In this document: piece by piece, positions 19,406 through 34,668 of the stretch
Position numbering within the stretch: the stretch's first letter is position 1
Layout: each line of letters starts with the position of its first letter
Origin: an uncultured delta proteobacterium
GTDB lineage: Bacteria; Myxococcota_A; Polyangia; Palsa-1104
Assembly (NCBI GenBank): GCA_963785725.1
Contig: CAWAWS010000004.1
Coordinates: 96,001 to 160,000, forward strand
Reading direction: 5' to 3'
DNA length: 64,000 nt
The notes under the pieces: generated by a model
The model's input: only the letters and a program-made list of their open reading frames with translations
Told to the model about the DNA's origin: nothing
Database searches by the model: none
Program-made: the position numbers and the translations under genes

Positions 19406-19732
19406 TTAGCGGGCGCGAATGGAGTCGAAGAGCGCGCCCAAGTCGAGCTTCTCGGATTCGGTCTCGGAGGGCAGCAGCTCGACGATGCGCAGCGCTGCGC
19501 GCGCCGGGCCGTACTCGACGATGAGCAGCGTGTCGTCCGGCTGCACCGCCTGCGGCAATGTGCCGAGCACGAGCACGGGCACGATCTGGCCGCGCAGCTG
19601 CGTGACGCCGGCGACGACGGGCGGCGCCGTCGGCACGGGCGTGACCCAGCCGGCCGATGTGACCTCGCGCGCGTGCGCCGCCATCACGGCCACGCGCCGC
19701 TTGCCCACATCGACGACGACGACGTCGGTCAC
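19406..19732 (-). CDS. cheW: CheW-like adaptor
   Basis: VTPVPTAPPVVAGVTQLRGQIVPVL; GTG start 19732 directly after the upstream stop. Confidence 0.85.
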   Translation of the reverse strand: MTDVVVVDVGKRRVAVMAAHAREVTSAGWVTPVPTAPPVVAGVTQLRGQIVPVLVLGTLPQAVQPDDTLLIVEYGPARAALRIVELLPSETESEKLDLGALFDSIRAR

Positions 19733-19734
19733 GA

Positions 19735-20979
19735 TTACACGGCGACGGGCGCGACGCGCCGGCGGATCACTTTGATGCTGAGCAGGCGAAACAGCATCTT
19801 GGAGACGTCGAAGCTGGCCATGCGCGACTGGCGCACGATCTCTTTGACGGTGTGCTTGCCGTTGACCAGCTCGAGGACGGCCAGCTCGTCGCGGGTCAAG
19901 CGCGCGCGGCCCACTTGCTGGACTGCCTCCTCGTTGCGCAAGAAGACGGCGTCGAAGTCGTCGATCTCGCGCTCGATGAGGTGCCACTCGTCGACGCGGC
20001 GGATGCCTTCCATCAACAGGCCGTCGACGTCGAGGTTGAGCGCCGCCTCGCCCGCCAGCGCCGGCAGCGAGTGGGTGGCGACGAACGTGAAGCGACCTTC
20101 GGGCCAGCGCAAGAGCTCGTAGAGCCGCTCTTGGGTCTGCTTGCGCAGCGCCTCTTTGAGCTCGCCGTCGTCGACGTAGTTCATCTTGAGCAGCTGCTCA
20201 CCGAGCGGCTTCCCCGTCGGCGCGCGGCCATCGAGGAAGAGGTCGAGATCTTGCCGCGACAGCGTCGACGCCTCGACCAAGTAGCGGCCGAGCAGGAACT
20301 CGTCGGGCAGGCCGCTCGCCAGCGCCAGCTCGATCTTGCCCGCTTTGAACACGATCTCGATGCGCGCCGAATCCGCTCGCGCCACCGTCAACAGTCCCCA
20401 TTGCCGCTGCGTCGACAGGAGGCCCAAGACCTCGGCCATGGGCACGACGCGCAGGTTGCCTTGCAGCGCCGGGCCGTCGTCGACGATGGGCGCGGGCACG
20501 CCGTTCTCCAGCGTCGGCAGCGGCGCCGGCAGCTCGGCCTCGCTGACGGCGGTGACGAGCGCCGTGTCGTCGGCGTCAACGGCGTTGGGCGTCGTCGGAT
20601 GCGCCGGATACTTCTCGATCGTGTGCTGCACGACGGCGGTGATGGCCTCGGGCGAGAACGGCTTCGTGATGTAGTCGACGATGCCCATCACCTTCACGAA
20701 GCGTTCGCCGACCTGATCGCCCTTGGCGCTCATCAAGACGACCGGGATGCTCTTGAGATCGGGCGACTCGGCCAGCGCGCGGCAGACCTGGTAGCCGTTC
20801 ATCTTCGGCATCACGAAGTCGAGCAGGATGAGGTCGGGACGCTCGGCGCGAGCCCGCGCGATGCCCTCCTCACCGTCGGGGGCCGTGTACACACTGAAGC
20901 CGGCCTTGGTCAGGACCAGCTGCACGACCTTGAGGATGGTCGGGCTATCATCGATGACCAGAACCGTCTCGCCGGCCAC
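19735..20979 (-). CDS. Response regulator with DUF4388 (PatA-N-like) domain
   Basis: REC VLVIDDS...LLDFVMPKMNG...KPF; LQGNLRVVPMAEVL, WPEGRFTF, LLMEGIRRVDEW. Confidence 0.88.
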   Translation of the reverse strand: MAGETVLVIDDSPTILKVVQLVLTKAGFSVYTAPDGEEGIARARAERPDLILLDFVMPKMNGYQVCRALAESPDLKSIPVVLMSAKGDQVGERFVKVMGIVDYITKPFSPEAITAVVQHTIEKYPAHPTTPNAVDADDTALVTAVSEAELPAPLPTLENGVPAPIVDDGPALQGNLRVVPMAEVLGLLSTQRQWGLLTVARADSARIEIVFKAGKIELALASGLPDEFLLGRYLVEASTLSRQDLDLFLDGRAPTGKPLGEQLLKMNYVDDGELKEALRKQTQERLYELLRWPEGRFTFVATHSLPALAGEAALNLDVDGLLMEGIRRVDEWHLIEREIDDFDAVFLRNEEAVQQVGRARLTRDELAVLELVNGKHTVKEIVRQSRMASFDVSKMLFRLLSIKVIRRRVAPVAV

Positions 20980-21137
20980 GAACGGAAAGTAACAAAAACG
21001 CGGGAAGGTGGCTACGTATCATCCAAGTGACGCAGCAGAAAATTGCAGTAGGAGCGGCCGACCGAGGCTGACGCTGCAAACCGGAAGTTGCGCAAAGAGT
21101 GACGACTCCGACGGAGGGTGATACGCTTTTGCCCGTA

Positions 21138-23882
<2,745 letters not shown>

Positions 23883-23894
23883 TTTCGGTAGGAA

Positions 23895-24440
23895 TTATTG
23901 TGGTGGCAGCGTCAGGAAGGGCTGCCGGCCGCCATCGGCCGCGCCGTCGCCGTTGAGGCCGTAGAGCGACGTATCGCCGGCCATTCCGCCGGTCGCCGAG
24001 ATGTGCAGGACGAGCTGATCGTCGGCTGCCGCCGGCACGTCGATGCCGACCGCGGTCCCGTCGTAGAGCACGGCGTCCGTGATCGACGCCGCCGGATCGA
24101 AGTGGTGCGTAAAACTAGCCACCGTCGTGTCGGCGACACCGGTGCGTCGCCATAAAACCGCAAACGTCACGTCGCAGCTGTCGATGATGATGCCATCACC
24201 GACGATCTGCCACGTGCCGCCCTTGATCGGACCGGTCAACGTGTACGCTGCCTCGAGGGAGCCGCCGGCCCCCACTGCGGGCGCTCAATATGGGTTGGGC
24301 TCGACCGGCGACAGCTTGAGGTGCTGCTCGTCGCCGTTCGTCGCCACCCACAGCTTCGACGGCGTACCCGTCGTCGACGTCGGACCGCCGCAGCCGGCGA
24401 CCACCAGCGCACCCAGCGCAAGCAATTGAATCTTGTTCAT
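23895..24440 (-). CDS. Lipoprotein with one in-frame TGA (candidate selenoprotein, 181 aa with U52)
   Basis: AGGAG RBS, lipobox VAGC, ...VEPNPY-TGA(24287-24285)-APAVGAGG...; the same frame stays open to TAA at 23895; SECIS-like hairpin right after the TGA. Confidence 0.65.
24245..24284 (-). promoter_or_regulatory. Putative bacterial SECIS element
   Basis: After UGA: GCGCCCGCAGU-GGGGGCC-GGC-GGCUCCC-UCGAGGCAGCGU; 7-bp upper stem, G-initiated loop 18 nt from UGA, possible lower stem GCGC/GCGU. Confidence 0.5.
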
Positions 24441-25036
24441 TTCGTAAGCTCCTGCTGACTCAATATAGGCTCGAGACGAATGAAGAACTGTGCGGGCAGG
24501 CCGAGCGGCACCTCGGTCGCGCGCAGCCCCGCCGCCTCCGCCGCCGCCAACAGCGGACGACGATAGAGCATCCGATTGCTGACGGCGATGAATCCGTCCG
24601 GCGTCAGCGCTTGGGCGAGCTTGCGCAAGTAGGCCACACGATCCGGTAACAGATGATCGACTTCCGCCACAAGGATTCGGTTGTACCGATGCGGCTCGAG
24701 TTGCGGATCGTCGGCCGCGACCTGGCGCGTCTCGACGGTGGGCGACTTGGGGATGGCCCCGAGCGCGTCGCCGTCGATGTCGAGCGCCACGACGTGGCCG
24801 CGCGCACCGACTGCGGCGGCGAGCCGCGTCGTGAAAAATCCGCGCCCGGCGCCGACGTCCGCGACGCGCATGCCGGGCCGCAGCGAAAGGGACGCAACGA
24901 TCTTCGCCGGCTGCCGATACGTCTCGTACTGAGCGGCTTCGACGGCCGCTTGATCGAGCGGCACGGCGACGGCACTGCCCGCTGCGGCCAGGCCCGAAGC
25001 GACGATGGAAGCGCATATGACTGCGGCGACGCGCAC
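24437..25036 (-). CDS. Class I SAM-dependent methyltransferase with signal-like N-terminus
   Basis: RQPAKIVASLSLRPGMRVADVGAGRGFFT, VVALDID; stop overlaps the next start (ATGA). GTG start inferred. Confidence 0.85.
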   Translation of the reverse strand: MRVAAVICASIVASGLAAAGSAVAVPLDQAAVEAAQYETYRQPAKIVASLSLRPGMRVADVGAGRGFFTTRLAAAVGARGHVVALDIDGDALGAIPKSPTVETRQVAADDPQLEPHRYNRILVAEVDHLLPDRVAYLRKLAQALTPDGFIAVSNRMLYRRPLLAAAEAAGLRATEVPLGLPAQFFIRLEPILSQQELTK

Positions 25037-25112
25037 GATGACGAGTGAAAGCGTAGCACCGCTCGCGGCCGCGGCATTGACCGTCGTTCGACGACAGGGG
25101 TATGGTCGTAAC

Positions 25113-26132
25113 ATGCGGGCTCTGTGCGCAGCGACGGTAGTGCTACTCCTGAGCGGCGCCGCGACGGCGGCGGGCACGAAGCCGAAGCTGGCCGCGCTCA
25201 TCCTCAAGACCGGCACGGTCGACGAGGATCTGGCCGACAACTTGACCGAGGTGCTCATCGGTCGTTTGGCGCGGCGCGGCGACCACGAAATCGCCGGCAA
25301 AGAGGAGCTCAAGAGCAAGCTCGGCGTCGACGATCACGCGGCCGCGGAGTGCATGCAGAACTTGGGCTGCCTCGGTCGTGCGGGCACGGAGCTGGGCGTG
25401 ACGACGATGGTCGTGGGCACGCTGGGCAAGCGCGGCGTCGACTACTTGTACAACCTCAACTTGATCGACATCTCGACGGGGCAAGTGCAGAACCGTGTCT
25501 TCGAGCTCGTCGCCGGCGGCAAGCAGGACCAGCTCATCGCGGCCGTGCAGTCGACGGCGGACAAGCTGTTCCTGCCCAAGATCGAGCCGGGCGCGCTGCG
25601 GGTGACGTCGGAGACGCGGGGCGCGATGGTCTATCTCGACGAGGCGTTCGTGGGCTCGACGCCGATGCGCCGCGAAGGCATCGAGCCGGGCATGCACGCC
25701 CTGCGCGTCGAGAAGGATGGGCACCTCGGCTGGACCAAAGAAGTGGAAGTGCCGGCGGGGGCGACGATGGAGATCAAGGTGCCGCTGACGGCGCTGCCCG
25801 AGCGTAAACGCTGGCCGGGCGCCTTCGCGGCGTCGTGCGCCGTGGTCGGCGGCTTGGCGGGCGTGGCCGGCATCGTGCTCGAGGCGCTGGCGCGCCAATC
25901 GTCGACGGGCGGCACGCGCGCCGAGGCGATCGACGACGCCAGCCTGCGCCATCGTGAGTCGATCCTCGGCATCGGCTTTTTGACGGCGACGGCGGCGTTG
26001 GCGACGACGGCGGCGGTGTTGCTGATCGTCTATCGCCACGACATCTTCGGCACCACGCCGCGACAAGAGAAGGCGACGAAACAGCACGTCTCGATCGGAC
26101 CCGGCGGCGCCGGCATCGAGGTGCGCTGGTGA
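25113..26132 (+). CDS. Exported PEGA-domain protein with C-terminal hydrophobic hairpin
   Basis: Signal peptide; LRVTSETRGAMVYLDEAFVGSTP...PGMHALRVEKDGH (PEGA); two hydrophobic helices; ends GAGIEVRW. Confidence 0.85.
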   Translation: MRALCAATVVLLLSGAATAAGTKPKLAALILKTGTVDEDLADNLTEVLIGRLARRGDHEIAGKEELKSKLGVDDHAAAECMQNLGCLGRAGTELGVTTMVVGTLGKRGVDYLYNLNLIDISTGQVQNRVFELVAGGKQDQLIAAVQSTADKLFLPKIEPGALRVTSETRGAMVYLDEAFVGSTPMRREGIEPGMHALRVEKDGHLGWTKEVEVPAGATMEIKVPLTALPERKRWPGAFAASCAVVGGLAGVAGIVLEALARQSSTGGTRAEAIDDASLRHRESILGIGFLTATAALATTAAVLLIVYRHDIFGTTPRQEKATKQHVSIGPGGAGIEVRW

Positions 26133-27724
26133 TGCGTCGTAATGCCGCGTCGCTGTTGCTGTTGGCGTTGACCTTCGCCGTCGGCTGCATCGACGATCGC
26201 GCGAAGGTCGCCAACGCCGTCTTCTTCTGCACGCCGTCGTCGCGCACGGCCGATGCCGACTGCGGCGAAGGCTTCTTCTGTTACGGCGAGACGCAGTCCG
26301 TCGGCGGATCGATCTGCGTGCCGCGCTGCGGGCCGGGCGTGAGCCGCGTCTGCGATGGCGTGTGCACGTCCGCCGGCGCCTGTCTCACCGGCTGCATCGT
26401 GCCCGCTCCCGGCAAGCCCGATCCGTGCCCGTCGCCGCTCTTGTGCCGGCGCACGACCGATTCACCGATCACCTCCGCCAGCGGCAACGACGGTGTCTGC
26501 TTGCCGCTGAGCTCGACGTGCGCGGTCTCGTCCGACTGCTCGCAGGGCGTCTTCAACGAGTGCACCAGCGACGTCGACGGCGCGCTGCAAGGCCCACGCT
26601 TGTTGACGAGCGGCGAGTTCTGCGTGCAGGGCCAATGCTCGGAGCTCGGCATCGCCTGCGAGCCCGGCTCGGCCTGCATCCGCGACATCTTGCCGAGCAC
26701 GATCCCGGCGCCCGACATCTGCTCGCCGCTGTGCTCGTCGTCGCGCAGCGCCACCGATGGCGGCGCCTTCAACGAGTGCTTGCCCGGCATGACCTGCTTG
26801 TCGGACGCGTTCCCGCAGATCGACGCGCCCGCCTGCGCGCCCGGCTTCGCCAACTGGCTGTGCGTCGACGACATCGGCTGCACCGCCGGCAAGTGCTACG
26901 ACTGGAAGGACGTTTCGCCGGTATTCGCCGGCTTCAAGACCTGCGCCGCCGACTGCAAGACCGACGACGACTGCCTGCCGTACGATCGCGGCGGCAACCC
27001 CAACTCCAGCTCGCGCAACACGTGTCACGACGGCGTGTGCCGCAACTTGCAGAGCTACTACTTCCCGCTCACCTGCCTGCGCGCCGGCGATCGCTGCCAG
27101 ATTGACTTCGATCCCAATCCGCTCACGTGCATGCAGCTCTCGAGCGCGACCCCGGTCGACATGGGCGATCCGACGGCCATCGCCTGCGGCGGCGGCGATC
27201 CGACGGCGATGGGCTTGGGCGCGTTCGGCGGCTCGGCGCTCACCTGCACGCGCAAATGCAGCGACACGAGCGGCTGCCAGGACATCGCCACCAAGCTGCA
27301 CGTGCCGATGTCGTGCCCGCCGGCGCCGGCGGCGACGCCGAACGCCGATCGGTTCTGCCTGCCGATCGTGCCCTACAAGACCGCGTGCGCGGCCGACGGC
27401 GACTGCTTCGGCAACCTGCGCTGCCTGCCCGATCTCGACGAGCCGGGCTCGCCCAACGTCTGCACCCTCGGCTGCATGACGTCCGACGACTGCGCCAACG
27501 AGCCGACGCTGGGCTCGACCTTCACGTGCACGGGCGGCGAGTGCGTGCCCAAGATCCCCGCCGGCTGCGCGGCGACGAACGCCGACAGCTGCATCAGCGG
27601 CCAAATCGCCGGCGGCAGCTGCGTCAGCCCGCTCGACTGGGCCTGCACGACCGACGCGCAGTGCGCCAGCGGCCATTGCCTCCTCTTCGACGGCACGTCG
27701 CCCGCTTTCGGGCGCTGCGAGTGA
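26129..27724 (+). CDS. Large Cys-rich lipoprotein
   Basis: Lipobox AVGC; repeated C-x3-C-x3-DC-like units; overlaps both neighbours (GTGA). Confidence 0.85.
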   Translation: MMRRNAASLLLLALTFAVGCIDDRAKVANAVFFCTPSSRTADADCGEGFFCYGETQSVGGSICVPRCGPGVSRVCDGVCTSAGACLTGCIVPAPGKPDPCPSPLLCRRTTDSPITSASGNDGVCLPLSSTCAVSSDCSQGVFNECTSDVDGALQGPRLLTSGEFCVQGQCSELGIACEPGSACIRDILPSTIPAPDICSPLCSSSRSATDGGAFNECLPGMTCLSDAFPQIDAPACAPGFANWLCVDDIGCTAGKCYDWKDVSPVFAGFKTCAADCKTDDDCLPYDRGGNPNSSSRNTCHDGVCRNLQSYYFPLTCLRAGDRCQIDFDPNPLTCMQLSSATPVDMGDPTAIACGGGDPTAMGLGAFGGSALTCTRKCSDTSGCQDIATKLHVPMSCPPAPAATPNADRFCLPIVPYKTACAADGDCFGNLRCLPDLDEPGSPNVCTLGCMTSDDCANEPTLGSTFTCTGGECVPKIPAGCAATNADSCISGQIAGGSCVSPLDWACTTDAQCASGHCLLFDGTSPAFGRCE

Positions 27725-27744
27725 CCCATGATATGCTGCGGCCC

Positions 27745-29592
27745 GTGGCGGAGAGTATGGAAGCCGATCCGTTGATCGGTCGCCTGGTCGGGCAGAAGTT
27801 CCGCATCGATCGGCTGCTCGGCGCGGGCGCCATGGGTCGCGTCTACTTGGCCGAGCAGACCAACCTCGGCAAACAGGTGGCGCTGAAGGTGCTGCATAAC
27901 GCCATGGCCGGCGACGCGCAGCTGGCCAAGCGCTTCTATCGCGAAGCCAAGTCGGCCTCGATGCTGTCGCACCCGAACATCCTGCAGATCATCGATTTCG
28001 GTGACGATAGCGGGCTGCTCTACATCGCGATGGAGCTGCTGACGGGGCGCGACCTCTATCACGTCATCAAGGCCGAGTGGCCGTTCTCGATGGAGCGCAT
28101 CGGTCACATCGGCGGACAGATCTTGGGCGCGCTCGACGAGGCGCACGCCAAAGGCGTCGTCCACCGCGATCTGAAGCCCGAGAACGTCATGCTGCTCGAC
28201 CTGCGCGGCGAGAGCGACTTCGTCAAAGTGTGCGACTTCGGCATCGCCAAGATCGCCTCCGAGCGCGACGGCGAAGGCTCGGCGATCACCATGGCCGGCA
28301 TGGTCTGCGGCACGCCCGAGTACATGTCGCCGGAGCAGGCGCGCGGCGACGCGCTCGACGGGCGCAGCGATCTGTACGCGGCCGCGGTGATTTTGTACCA
28401 AATGGTCGTGAGCGACGTGCCGTTCCGCGCGGAGTCGGCGCTCGGCGTCATTACGAAGCATTTGATCGAAGAGCCGACGCCACCGTCGAAGCGGCGGGTG
28501 AATTCGGGCATGCCGCAGGCGCTCGAGCAGCTGATCATGCGCGGGCTGTCGAAGCGCAAAGAAGATCGCTTCGCGACGGCGGCGGAGATGAAGGCAGCGC
28601 TGTTGGAGGCGGTCGGCTTGCGACGGCCGTCGAGCGGAATGGGGACGGCGGGCAATTCGGCGCCGCTCGAGCTGGCGATGGCGACGACGGGCGTGGCGAC
28701 GCCGGTGGCGACGCCGGCGCTGGTGGGGCTGACGTCGCCGGCGACGATGATGGCGCCGACGGCCGCGGCCGCGCCGATGACGACGCCGGCACCGCAGTCG
28801 CCGGCGAGCGCGCCGTCGGGTGGGTCGCTGCACGGCGAGATGGCGGCGGCGACACCGCCGGCGGGCAGTCGGCGGCGCGGTATCATCGTCGGCACGTTGG
28901 CGGCGGCGGCGGCGCTGGGCTCGGTGGTCTACGTCGTCGTCGGGCGGCCGACGGCGCCGATGGTCGCGGCGGCGACGAGCGGCGACGATCCGCATCGGGC
29001 AGCGTCGGCAGCGAGCGCGGCGAGCCCGCCGGCGATGCCATCGGTCGCGCCGAATCCGCCGCCGGCGCCGTCCACGACGAGCGCGGGCGCGGCGAACCCG
29101 CCGGCGCCGCCTCCGCCGGCGCTGGCGAATGCGATGGCGGGCGCGAGTTCAGCGCGCGCCGCGGCGATCGATCCGGCGCCTGCGAGCGTCGAGCCGGCGG
29201 CGCGCACGGCGCACAAGCGCGACAAGCCGCACCTCGCCGCGCATGGCGCAGCCGCGGCCGTCGCTGCGGTGGCGGCGCCGGCGAAGCCGCCGGTCACGCC
29301 GACGCCGCCCGCGGTGTCGTCGGGCACGGCGCCGGCGGCGCATTCGTTCGCGGGCGTCTTCGCCGATGGTGAAGCCGCCTTCCGCAGCGGCGACATCGAT
29401 GGCGCGCTGGCGCATTACCTCGACGCGGCCAAGATGAACCCGGGCGACGCGCGGACGCAGCGGCAGATCGGCAAATGCTACAACCGGCTGGGCCAGCGCG
29501 ATCGCGCCGAGCCCTACTTTCGGCGCTATTTGCAGCTGGCGCCGGACGCGTCGGACGCGGCCTTCATTCGCGCCGATCTCGACGGCAAATAG
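27745..29592 (+). CDS. Hanks Ser/Thr kinase with TM segment and C-terminal TPR
   Basis: [33 protein letters not shown] segment; TPR. Start may be 27721, 27733, 27745 or 27757. Confidence 0.92.
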   Translation: MAESMEADPLIGRLVGQKFRIDRLLGAGAMGRVYLAEQTNLGKQVALKVLHNAMAGDAQLAKRFYREAKSASMLSHPNILQIIDFGDDSGLLYIAMELLTGRDLYHVIKAEWPFSMERIGHIGGQILGALDEAHAKGVVHRDLKPENVMLLDLRGESDFVKVCDFGIAKIASERDGEGSAITMAGMVCGTPEYMSPEQARGDALDGRSDLYAAAVILYQMVVSDVPFRAESALGVITKHLIEEPTPPSKRRVNSGMPQALEQLIMRGLSKRKEDRFATAAEMKAALLEAVGLRRPSSGMGTAGNSAPLELAMATTGVATPVATPALVGLTSPATMMAPTAAAAPMTTPAPQSPASAPSGGSLHGEMAAATPPAGSRRRGIIVGTLAAAAALGSVVYVVVGRPTAPMVAAATSGDDPHRAASAASAASPPAMPSVAPNPPPAPSTTSAGAANPPAPPPPALANAMAGASSARAAAIDPAPASVEPAARTAHKRDKPHLAAHGAAAAVAAVAAPAKPPVTPTPPAVSSGTAPAAHSFAGVFADGEAAFRSGDIDGALAHYLDAAKMNPGDARTQRQIGKCYNRLGQRDRAEPYFRRYLQLAPDASDAAFIRADLDGK

Positions 29593-29630
29593 CGCCTGCG
29601 TCGACTTCGCTCAGTCGCTGAACAGCGTCG

Positions 29631-30015
29631 CTAGTACGGATCTTCGCCGGCCGCGGCGCGCCCGAGCAGCTCCTCGAGTCGCTTGCGATTGGCCTCGTCG
29701 ATCTCGACGATCTTGATGCCGAAGCCCATCGGAAAGCGCTCGGACTCCGGCCCGCCCGGCTCGACGACGCGCACGACGACCGCGCGGAAATCGACCGCCC
29801 GATCGAAGTCGTACAGCTCGATGCTGCAGCGCCGAGCCGATCGAGAACGGATAGAGGTGCCCGACCTTCGTGTACAAAAAGAGCCCGCCTTGCGACAGAT
29901 CGCGCGTGCGAAAGACGTACTCGCGCGCAATGTCGTCGCCGCCGATGACGCGCACGAAGGCGTCGATGGCGATGCGCTGGAACTGGCGGTCCGGTCCACC
30001 CGGCCTCTGTGCCAT
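29631..30015 (-). CDS. PilZ-domain protein (one apparent frameshift near 29826)
   Basis: RQFQR and DLSQGG in one frame, continuing SIELYDFDRAVDFRAVVVRV...GFGIKI in another. Confidence 0.8.
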
Positions 30016-30066
30016 GCCTCCACGTTAGCACGCGCCGCCCGCCCGTCGATGTGCTAGAACCGCGCC

Positions 30067-30804
30067 ATGGGGTTGATGGACCTGTTTGGCGGCGGCAAAG
30101 GCCGCCTCCACAAGCACGTCGCGCGAGCCAAGAACAAGGACGCGCAATCGGCCGATCGCTTCGCGTCGCTCGAGGCGCTGCGCGACGACGGCGGCATCGA
30201 GGCGATCGAAGGCTTGCTCGGCCGTTTCACGATTCGCTACGACAAATCGATCGAAGACGAGCAGGAAAAGCAGTGGGTCTTCGACGAGTTGGTGAAGCTG
30301 GGGCCGAAGGTGCTGCAGCCGCTGCAGGAGCATCTGCGCCGCGCCGAATCGATCGCCTACGGCTTGAAGGTGCTGCACGAAATCGTGCCCGCCGACGAAG
30401 CCCTGCCCGTGCTGACCGACTTATGCGCGCGCAACGACAACACCTACACGCGCGATCCGTCGAAGAAGATTCAGCTTCTGCACTATCTCGGCGATCACGA
30501 CGACATCCGTTACGGCAAGCTGCTCGTGCCTTATCTCGTCGACGTCGATGAAGGCGTGCGCTTCGTGACGGTCGAAGGCCTCTTGCACCACAAGGACGCC
30601 GAGGCCGCGCGCGAGCCGCTCTTGCAGACGCTGTTGAACGAAAAAGAGGAGTCGCGGCGCATCAAACGGCGCATCGTCGACGGCTTCGCCGATCTCGGCT
30701 GGGACGCCAAGGGCTTCTCCGGCAGCGTCGAGAAGCTGCTCGAGGATCTGCTGCCCGGCGCGCGGCTCGACAACCACGGCAAGATCAAGCGCAAACAGGC
30801 TTAG
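30067..30804 (+). CDS. HEAT-repeat-like protein
   Basis: Helical repeats such as LVPYLVDVDEGVRFVTVEGL. Confidence 0.75.
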   Translation: MGLMDLFGGGKGRLHKHVARAKNKDAQSADRFASLEALRDDGGIEAIEGLLGRFTIRYDKSIEDEQEKQWVFDELVKLGPKVLQPLQEHLRRAESIAYGLKVLHEIVPADEALPVLTDLCARNDNTYTRDPSKKIQLLHYLGDHDDIRYGKLLVPYLVDVDEGVRFVTVEGLLHHKDAEAAREPLLQTLLNEKEESRRIKRRIVDGFADLGWDAKGFSGSVEKLLEDLLPGARLDNHGKIKRKQA

Positions 30805-30808
30805 CGTC

Positions 30809-31372
30809 ATGACGCCCGGCTGGTGGCTATTCGCGCCCTGGGTGGCCTTCAGCTTGTGGTGGGGCGTTCGCCTCATCGCCAACGAGCGCGTCGCCGAGAA
30901 GGAATCGTTCGGCTCGCGCGTCGTCTACATGGTTCCGTTCGTGACCGCGGTGTGGCTGTTGTGCTCGCCGCGCCCGCTCGGTCCGCTCGATCTGCAGCTG
31001 TGGCCGCGCACGCCGGCGATCGAATGGCTCGGCTTCTTCGTCGAGTGGGCCGGCGTCATCTTCGCCATCGTCGCCCGCGAGACGCTGGGCAAGCTGTGGT
31101 CGGGCGCCGTGACGCTCAAGGAGGGCCACCGCATCATTCGCCGCGGCCCCTACGCGCTCGTGCGACACCCGATTTACACGGGAATTCTCACGGGTTTCGT
31201 GGGCGCGATGATCGCGCACGGCCAGCTGCGCGCGCTCTTGGCCCTGCTCCTGGCAGGCGCCTGCTTCCAGCGCAAGATTCAGCTGGAGGAGCGCCTTTTA
31301 GTCGGCCATTTCGGGGACGAATACCGGGACTATCGCCGGCAGGTTCGGGCTTTGATCCCGTTCATTCTATGA
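30809..31372 (+). CDS. Isoprenylcysteine carboxylmethyltransferase (ICMT/PEMT) family membrane protein
   Basis: LGKLWS, GPYALVRHPIYTG, EERLL...FGDEYRDY...LIPF. Confidence 0.9.
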   Translation: MTPGWWLFAPWVAFSLWWGVRLIANERVAEKESFGSRVVYMVPFVTAVWLLCSPRPLGPLDLQLWPRTPAIEWLGFFVEWAGVIFAIVARETLGKLWSGAVTLKEGHRIIRRGPYALVRHPIYTGILTGFVGAMIAHGQLRALLALLLAGACFQRKIQLEERLLVGHFGDEYRDYRRQVRALIPFIL

Positions 31373-31389
31373 CATAGTGCGCACCGGAA

Positions 31390-34628
<3,239 letters not shown>

Positions 34629-34668
34629 CTTCGTAGCTTTAGCCAGTAAAACCAACAGGATCGAGAAC

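Noticed and set aside
23895..24275. Independent 126-aa gene starting at GTG 24275
   Set aside because: No RBS or -10 box, the start sits in the hairpin, and it is in frame with the upstream lipoprotein. Readthrough or a nonsense change is more economical, though not proven.
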